A stretch of 32,000 bases of DNA from Allobaculum fili (GTDB lineage Bacteria; Bacillota_I; Bacilli_A; Erysipelotrichales; Erysipelotrichaceae), in contig NZ_JAHDSX010000006.1 of NCBI RefSeq assembly GCF_020969955.1, positions 30,001 through 62,000 on the forward strand, read 5' to 3'. The position numbers were made by a program, and so were the translations under genes. Within the stretch, counting starts at the first letter, position 1; every line of letters begins with the position of its first letter. Shown piece after piece: positions 26,186-32,000 of the stretch. Under the pieces are notes generated by a model. The model was not told the DNA's origin and made no database searches. It saw nothing but the letters and a program-made list of their open reading frames with translations.

Positions 26186-27001
26186 ATGAAACTGATTGTC
26201 GGCCTGGGAAATCCAGGCGAAAAATATTCGCGTACCCGGCACAATGCCGGGTTTATGGTCATGGACCGGCTGGCCGAAAAAGCCGGCGTGGAGATCAATA
26301 AAAACAAATTTGAAGCCCAGTACGTCAAAACCCGCATCAAGGGGGAAGACGTTATTTTGCTGAAGCCGATGACGTATATGAACAACTCCGGCTTCGCCGT
26401 TCGCGCCTGCATGGACTTTTTCAAAATTGAACCGAAGGATCTTCTGGTCATTTATGACGATCTTGATACCCCGGTAGGCGCCATCCGTCTGAAGCCGTCC
26501 GGATCCGCCGGCGGTCATAACGGAATGAAAAGCGTAATCAGCGCGGCGATGGGACAGGATTTTGACCGGATCCGCGTCGGCATCGGCCGGGATCCGAAAA
26601 TTAAGATTATTGATTATGTGCTGACCCGCTTTCGCGCTGATGAAATGGACGATCTGAACGCGGCGATTGATCAGGCGGTCAAAGCGGCCTGGTTTTCCAT
26701 TGATCACGGCTTTACCCAGGCGATGAATCGCTACAACGTGAAGCCGAAAAAGAAAAAGAGCGACCCGGAAGCCGAAAAGCTCGCCGCCGCGCTGAAAAAG
26801 CAGAACGCGCAGACGTTCCATTCCGGAAAAAAGGATGTTCTTTATCAGGAAGAGACCGGCCGGAGTCTTTCGGACTCTGCCATCGCCGAGCAGCTGAAAA
26901 AAGAAGCGCTCGCCGCACAGGAAGCATCTCAGAATGCATCCGCTTCGTATACCTATCAGAGAGAAGAAACACTGGATAGACAGAATAAATCCGAACAGTA
27001 A
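26186..27001 (+). CDS. pth: Peptidyl-tRNA hydrolase with a C-terminal extension of about 85 aa
   Basis: MKLIVGLGNPGEKYSRTRHNAGF... with catalytic His in the RHNAG context. AAAGGAGA RBS before ATG 26186 (the track ORF starts at 26150). The Pth fold ends near aa 185, and a K/E/A/Q-rich tail follows. Confidence 0.92.
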   Translation: MKLIVGLGNPGEKYSRTRHNAGFMVMDRLAEKAGVEINKNKFEAQYVKTRIKGEDVILLKPMTYMNNSGFAVRACMDFFKIEPKDLLVIYDDLDTPVGAIRLKPSGSAGGHNGMKSVISAAMGQDFDRIRVGIGRDPKIKIIDYVLTRFRADEMDDLNAAIDQAVKAAWFSIDHGFTQAMNRYNVKPKKKKSDPEAEKLAAALKKQNAQTFHSGKKDVLYQEETGRSLSDSAIAEQLKKEALAAQEASQNASASYTYQREETLDRQNKSEQ

Positions 27002-27012
27002 GGAGTAAGGCC

Positions 27013-30000
27013 ATGCTTTCCGACCAGAATATCAATCCCATTCTGAATTACATCGAAGCCAATCCCGTTACAAAGGAAATGATGTCGATTCATGGAAATG
27101 TCGGCAACCTCGGGGAGATGGAAGAAGCGCTGCTTCTGGCCGCTGCTTTCCTTCAGGATGGAAAAACACGCATTGTTGTGAAGAAAAATAAGTACGAAGC
27201 CCAGCAGCTGTACCGTCGTCTGGCGATGCTGCTGCAGGAAGTCGTACTTTTCGTCATGGATGAGTCTCTGCGTCTGCAGGCGATCGCAGCGTCTCCCGAA
27301 GAGAGGGAAGGCCAGCTGTCCGCTCTCGTGCAGATGCGTCAGGACTTTCCAAAAATCATCATTACCAATACCGCTGCCTACACCCGCTTTCTGCCGGATG
27401 TGAACTACTTTGACGAAAGCTGCCTGACCATTCGTACCGGGCAGACGCTTTCTCGAAAAGCGCTCATGGAGCATCTGCTGTGTATCGGCTATGCGCACGT
27501 CAACTACGCGCAGACCCCGGGAAGCTTTGCTTCCCGCGGCGGCATTCTCGATGTTTACTCGCTGAATTACCCGGATCCGATCCGTATCGAATTTTTTGAT
27601 ACGGAAATCGACTCCATCCGCTTCTTTAACCCGGATACCCAGCGGACGATCCGCGCCACTGATGAAGCGGTGCTCGTTCCGGCCAGCGATATTTTGTTCA
27701 GCGACGAACAGATTGAAAAACTTAAGGAAATTTTGCCGGTCAAACTGGAAGAACAGCTGAAACGCACAGATCCGGCGGGGCAGGAATTTTTACGGGATGC
27801 GATCGAAAAGGATCTGGAAGCGATCGAAACGCACGATCCGCAACCTCATCTGTACCGCTACTACGCTTGGCTCGACAGCGCCTCCGTTCTCGATTATGCG
27901 CCGGACGCGATGACCGTATTCTCCACAGTGGAAGGCGTAGAAGAAAACGCGAAAAAGACTGTGCAGGATAACGTGCAGTTCATGCAGGAAGAAGTCGAAG
28001 ATTTCCACGCGCTGCCCAGATACATCCTGTTTCATGATCTGTACAAACTCGAAAAGAAGTCCGAGCCGCTCAAAATTCATACGTTCCTGGATCACGATCA
28101 TCCCGTCCAGTCGGGAATTGAAAACATCGACGCTCCGGGTCTGAACTACCGGCAGTGGGTTCTTGAAGAAGCCAGAAAGGACAATGTCTATTTTGCGCTC
28201 GAGCGCGAAGACGTCGATCTGCTTAAGGAAAAGATCGATATTTCTTCACTGAAGCTGACCGATCCGATTTTTTATCAGGGCTTTCGGACCCCGGATTATA
28301 TGGTGTATACGCGCCGTGAAATTTTCTCGCATCTGAACCGTAAAGTGCCGTATCAGAAGACGTTCTCCCGTTCGAATGCGCTCAATAACATTATGGAACT
28401 TGAGGCCGGCGACTATATCGTCCATGCGGAATACGGAATTGGACAGTATATCGGCGTGGAAACCCGCGAGCAGAACGGAGTCAAGCAGGACTATCTGCAC
28501 GTTATGTACCGCGGCAACGAAAACCTCTTCGTTCCGCTTTCTCAGTTCCAGCTGATCCGCAAGTACGTGTCCAAGGACGGTGCAGTCAAGCTGTCCAAGC
28601 TGGGCACCGGCGAATGGGAAAAGACGAAAAAGAAGGTTAACCAGAAAGTCGAAGAAATCGCCGGGCGTCTGGTCGAACTGTATGCCGCCCGTACGGAAGA
28701 CATTGGATTTGCGTTCCCGAAAGACGACGCGCTCGAGCGGGAATTTGATGAATCGTTTGAATACGAATCCACGCCCGACCAGCTGCAGGCAACGGCGGAA
28801 ATTAAAGCCGAGATGGAAAAGGCCAAGCCGATGGACCATCTGCTGATCGGCGACGTCGGGTATGGAAAAACCGAAGTGGCCATGCGCTGTGCCTATAAGG
28901 CGATCTGCGCCGGCAAGCAGGTGGCGTTCCTTTGCCCGACTACCATTCTTTCCATGCAGCACTACCAGACGCTTTTAAAGCGTTTTGAACCGACCGGAGC
29001 GCGCATCGCGCTGGTCAACCGCTTCATTTCCACAAAGGAAATGAAAAAGATCCGGGAAGATCTGGCAAACGGACAGATCGATATTGTCGTCGGTACGCAC
29101 CGGCTGCTGTCCAATACCGTCAGCTTTAAGGATCTTGGCTTTCTGATCATTGACGAAGAGCAGCGCTTTGGCGTTCGTCACAAGGAAAAAATCAAGGAAA
29201 TGAAAAACTCGATCGACGTGCTGGCGCTTTCGGCTACCCCGATTCCGCGGACGCTGCAGATGTCGCTGATCGGCGTTCGCACCATTTCCCAGCTGACCAC
29301 TCCGCCGGCGCACCGTCATCCGATCCAGACGTACGTTATGGAAGAGCGCGGTCCGGTAGTGGAAGAAATCATTCAGCGCGAGCTTTCCCGCAGCGGCCAG
29401 GTGTTCTTTTTGCACAACCGTGTCGAAGACATTTACCTCAAGGCGCATGAGCTTCAGCAGAAATTCCCGGATATTTCCATTGGCGTTGCCCACGGAAAAA
29501 TGAGCCGTGAACAGATTGAAGACGTCATGACAGAATTTGCGCGCGGTAAATATCAGGTGCTCGTCTGCACGACGATTATCGAAACGGGACTCGATATCGC
29601 CAACGCGAACACGATCATTATCGAAAACGCAGACCGTTTCGGTCTGGCCCAGCTGTATCAGATTCGCGGCCGTGTTGGCCGACGGGAAAAACTGGCGTAC
29701 TGCTATCTGCTTGTAACGCCGGACAAGCAGCTGAGCGAAGAGTCGACGAAGCGTCTGAAATCGATCAAGGAATTCACGCAGCTCGGTTCCGGTTACAAAA
29801 TCGCGATGCGCGATTTGACGATCCGTGGTGCCGGCGACATGCTTGGTCCAAAACAGGCTGGATTTATCGATTCCGTCGGTCTCGATCTGTACCTCGACAT
29901 GCTTTCCGATGCCATCGCCCGCAAGAAGGCAGCCGCGGGTCAGCCGGTCGATGAAGAACTGAAAGAAGCCGAAGAAACGGCGGAAGCCGACAGCGCCAGA

Positions 30001-30450
30001 AGCGCGAATGTGCAGATTCAGGGCTATATTCCGGAAAAATTCTCGGATAACGACGGCGACAAGCTGGCGCTCTACCAGGAAATCCGGGCCATTCGCACCG
30101 AAAAGGAACTCGAAGACTTTGAATTCCGAACGGCCGACCTGTTCGGAAAAATTCCAAAGGAAGTGCAGGCTCTGTTCGATGCCAAGCGCCTCGATCTGTT
30201 CGCTTCGCGTCCAGGCGTCGATGAAGTCAGCGAACAGAACAGCCGGATTCAGATTGTCATGAGCGCATCCTGGAGCCGGAACGAAGACGGCCTCAAGCTG
30301 TTTGAAGCCATGAACGCTCTTTCCAAGGAAATCGCGCTCACCTTCAAAAATGGACGAATTCAGGTCAGCCTGCCGAAAAAGAAAAACTATATGGCTCAGC
30401 TCAAACAGGTGATTTCGGTCCTGTCCGATCCGCTCTTTCGAAAGGGGTAA
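27013..30450 (+). CDS. mfd: Transcription-repair coupling factor
   Basis: 1145 aa. UvrB-homology N-terminus, CarD/RNAP-interaction domain (GDYIVHAEYGIGQY), SF2 helicase motifs (GDVGYGKTEVA, DEEQRFG, SATPIPRT, QIRGRVGR) and the TRG region. Confidence 0.97.
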   Translation: MLSDQNINPILNYIEANPVTKEMMSIHGNVGNLGEMEEALLLAAAFLQDGKTRIVVKKNKYEAQQLYRRLAMLLQEVVLFVMDESLRLQAIAASPEEREGQLSALVQMRQDFPKIIITNTAAYTRFLPDVNYFDESCLTIRTGQTLSRKALMEHLLCIGYAHVNYAQTPGSFASRGGILDVYSLNYPDPIRIEFFDTEIDSIRFFNPDTQRTIRATDEAVLVPASDILFSDEQIEKLKEILPVKLEEQLKRTDPAGQEFLRDAIEKDLEAIETHDPQPHLYRYYAWLDSASVLDYAPDAMTVFSTVEGVEENAKKTVQDNVQFMQEEVEDFHALPRYILFHDLYKLEKKSEPLKIHTFLDHDHPVQSGIENIDAPGLNYRQWVLEEARKDNVYFALEREDVDLLKEKIDISSLKLTDPIFYQGFRTPDYMVYTRREIFSHLNRKVPYQKTFSRSNALNNIMELEAGDYIVHAEYGIGQYIGVETREQNGVKQDYLHVMYRGNENLFVPLSQFQLIRKYVSKDGAVKLSKLGTGEWEKTKKKVNQKVEEIAGRLVELYAARTEDIGFAFPKDDALEREFDESFEYESTPDQLQATAEIKAEMEKAKPMDHLLIGDVGYGKTEVAMRCAYKAICAGKQVAFLCPTTILSMQHYQTLLKRFEPTGARIALVNRFISTKEMKKIREDLANGQIDIVVGTHRLLSNTVSFKDLGFLIIDEEQRFGVRHKEKIKEMKNSIDVLALSATPIPRTLQMSLIGVRTISQLTTPPAHRHPIQTYVMEERGPVVEEIIQRELSRSGQVFFLHNRVEDIYLKAHELQQKFPDISIGVAHGKMSREQIEDVMTEFARGKYQVLVCTTIIETGLDIANANTIIIENADRFGLAQLYQIRGRVGRREKLAYCYLLVTPDKQLSEESTKRLKSIKEFTQLGSGYKIAMRDLTIRGAGDMLGPKQAGFIDSVGLDLYLDMLSDAIARKKAAAGQPVDEELKEAEETAEADSARSANVQIQGYIPEKFSDNDGDKLALYQEIRAIRTEKELEDFEFRTADLFGKIPKEVQALFDAKRLDLFASRPGVDEVSEQNSRIQIVMSASWSRNEDGLKLFEAMNALSKEIALTFKNGRIQVSLPKKKNYMAQLKQVISVLSDPLFRKG

Positions 30451-30453
30451 ACC

Positions 30454-30729
30454 ATGAGACTTGATAAATATCTGAAAACCGCGCGCATTCTCAAACGCCG
30501 CGAAGCCGCTAAGGAACTTGCCCTTCAAAAACGCATTCAGCTCAACGGACGCACGGCGAAACCGTCGAGCGAAGTCGAAGAAGGCGATGTGATCTGCATG
30601 GAGTTTGGCAACCGGCTTCTGGAAGTGAGGGTGCTCGATACGCCGAAACAGGCGTCCAAGGAAAAAGCGCTTCTGATGTTTGAAGTGCTGCGCGAAGAGA
30701 AAAAAGACTATGATGCGCCGGCTGAATGA
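30454..30729 (+). CDS. S4-domain RNA-binding protein (YabO/RqcP, Hsp15-like)
   Basis: 91 aa (MRLDKYLKTARILKRREAAKELALQKRIQLNGRTAKPSSEVEEGDVI), a typical S4 alpha-L motif. Starts 3 nt after the mfd stop, with an AAGGGG RBS. Confidence 0.85.
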   Translation: MRLDKYLKTARILKRREAAKELALQKRIQLNGRTAKPSSEVEEGDVICMEFGNRLLEVRVLDTPKQASKEKALLMFEVLREEKKDYDAPAE

Positions 30730-31936
30730 GACGCGCGTTTTGCGCGATCCCGTCCACGGCTATATCCATATTGATCTGCAGGTCATCTGGAAGCTTCTCG
30801 ACGCGCCGGAATTTCAGCGTCTGCGCCGCATTCATCAGCTAGGGGGCGTTATGGCGGTTTACCATACCGCGGAACATTCCCGCTTTTCCCACTGTCTGGG
30901 CGTGTATGAAATCTGCCGGCGCATTCTGAACGAAGTGCCCGGCGTGACGGATACGCTCGATGAATTCGAACAGACCGCGGCGCTTTGCGCGGCGCTCCTG
31001 CACGATCTGGGTCACGGACCGCTTTCGCACAGCTATGAGGCGATCTCCCATATTCACCATGAGGCCGTTACGTGCCGTCTGATTACGAACCCCGAAGGCG
31101 AAGTGTATAAAATTCTGACCGGGGAAAATCCGAAACTGCCCGCCATGGTGGCTGCCATTCTGGAGCATCGATCCGGCTGCGCGCTTCTGGAAGATCTGAT
31201 CAGCTCGCAGCTCGACTGCGACCGCATGGACTATCTGCTTCGCGACGCCTACGAAACAGGAACGAGCTACGGCCGCTTCGATCTGGAACGCATACTGCGT
31301 ACTCTGCGTGTGAAGGACGGCCGTCTGTGCATTAAAAAAAGCGGCGTCCATTCGGTCGAAGACTACATCATGGGCCGCTATCAGATGTACTGGCAGGTGT
31401 ATCTCCATCCCGATGCGTTTGGCTACGATCTGCTCGTTCAGGCTTTCTTTGGGCGCTATGCCAGACTGCGTCAGGAAAACTTTGAAGAATACGGATCGAA
31501 AGCGCTCGAGCCTGTATTTGATCAGCCCTTTGATCCGGAGCGCTTTCTGGAGTTGGACGATTACGTTCTGATCAGCGAAATCGGAGCGGCGAAATCCGCC
31601 AAGGATCCCATTCTTGCCGATCTGGCCCATCGCATATGTGATCGGCGTCTGCCGCGCTGGGAAAACGAAGCTAGTCCCGAGCGAATCGAAGCCATTCGCG
31701 AAAAGACGCGAAAAGCGAGTTTTGATCCGGATTACTATGTTCATCTTAAACCGATTCGACTGGAAGAATTTCTGCCGTATCAGGAAGAGCAGTCCAAGCC
31801 GATTCTCGTTCTTGACCAGGAGAGACTGCTTCCGCTTTCGGACTGTTCGGTGGTGGTGCGGTCTTTGCTGGAAATGAAAAATCCCCAGCAGATCCGTGTG
31901 TATTTCCCCAAGGAAGTCCACACCGCTTCTTCGTAA
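30710..31936 (+). CDS. HD-domain phosphohydrolase (SAMHD1/YwfO-like putative dNTP triphosphohydrolase)
   Basis: N-terminus RDPVHGYIHI...FQRLRRIHQLG..., HD motif (RFSHCLGV...LLHDLGHGPLSH) and DCDRMDYLLRD. Start taken at ATG 30710, which overlaps the S4 gene end. Confidence 0.85.
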   Translation: MMRRLNETRVLRDPVHGYIHIDLQVIWKLLDAPEFQRLRRIHQLGGVMAVYHTAEHSRFSHCLGVYEICRRILNEVPGVTDTLDEFEQTAALCAALLHDLGHGPLSHSYEAISHIHHEAVTCRLITNPEGEVYKILTGENPKLPAMVAAILEHRSGCALLEDLISSQLDCDRMDYLLRDAYETGTSYGRFDLERILRTLRVKDGRLCIKKSGVHSVEDYIMGRYQMYWQVYLHPDAFGYDLLVQAFFGRYARLRQENFEEYGSKALEPVFDQPFDPERFLELDDYVLISEIGAAKSAKDPILADLAHRICDRRLPRWENEASPERIEAIREKTRKASFDPDYYVHLKPIRLEEFLPYQEEQSKPILVLDQERLLPLSDCSVVVRSLLEMKNPQQIRVYFPKEVHTASS

Positions 31937-32000
31937 ACGCCGCCTGTATTCGGACGGCAAGCCTGTCTGGCATACCTGTTGAGTCTGTCTTTTCCTGTTT

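Noticed and set aside
25779-26189. ORFs 25779-26141 (-, 120 aa) and 25935-26189 (+, 84 aa) in the spacer before pth.
   Set aside because: They are Cys/Phe-rich or unrecognisable, with no convincing RBS, and they overlap each other in AT-rich DNA. The + ORF runs into the pth start. They are kept only as a note under the synteny-break finding.
9945-31960. Very long ORFs antisense to housekeeping genes: 9945-11411 opposite serS, 13089-14786 opposite gyrA, 15245-17086 opposite gyrB, 19073-20083 opposite dnaN, 28975-30528 opposite mfd, 30839-31960 opposite the HD gene; also 24510-25250 and 26042-26821.
   Set aside because: Each lies fully within a strongly recognisable gene on the other strand. 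Their translations are low-complexity and unrecognisable (R/F/V/G-rich), and they lack RBSs. Long open antisense frames are expected when the sense genes avoid TTA, CTA and TCA codons. They are shadow ORFs, not overlapping genes.
1-32000. An alternative genetic code (for example UGA as a sense codon) as an explanation for the long gene-less stretches.
   Set aside because: All housekeeping genes in the window are full-length and uninterrupted under the standard bacterial code. They end at ordinary stops, including TGA (tadA), so a reassigned stop codon is not supported.

Overview
This window is the chromosomal replication-origin neighbourhood of a Bacillota (Firmicutes)-type bacterium. Genes have moderate GC and the spacers are clearly AT-rich. 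All calls come from reading the sequence and recognising motifs; no searches were run.

Gene order, left to right:
- SEDS protein (FtsW/RodA family)
- nadK (-), divergent from a CYTH-domain gene
- an HTH plus coiled-coil protein (-)
- a 1.1-kb AT-rich, ORF-poor stretch
- recR, a 468-bp gap where ybaB normally sits, dnaX, tadA and a small SRP RNA (all -)
- a lipoprotein gene (+)
- serS (-) with about 1.15 kb of ORF-less DNA upstream
- gyrA, gyrB, recF, yaaA-like S4 gene, dnaN, dnaA (all -)
- about 1.4 kb of origin DNA holding many DnaA boxes, a polypurine tract and a triple AT-rich 20-mer
- rpmH, rnpA, yidC, jag (+)
- a small transposase-like HTH gene (-)
- pth, mfd, an S4 (YabO/RqcP-like) gene and an HD-domain hydrolase (+)

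The order gyrA-serS-SRP/tadA-dnaX-recR is a condensed version of the Bacillus subtilis origin-proximal order. The order after jag is rearranged relative to B. subtilis.

I found no convincing new multi-gene system such as a defence island, CRISPR array or intact mobile element. The points most worth following up are:
1. The origin architecture: a TTATCCCC-type box variant dominates, and there are two candidate unwinding regions.
2. The high non-coding fraction, about one fifth of the window by my coordinates, including four ORF-less stretches of 0.45-1.3 kb.
3. A dispersed TCTGATTTTY oligomer concentrated in those spacers.
4. An AT-rich palindrome field next to an HTH/coiled-coil protein.
5. 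Low-complexity C-terminal tails on several housekeeping proteins.
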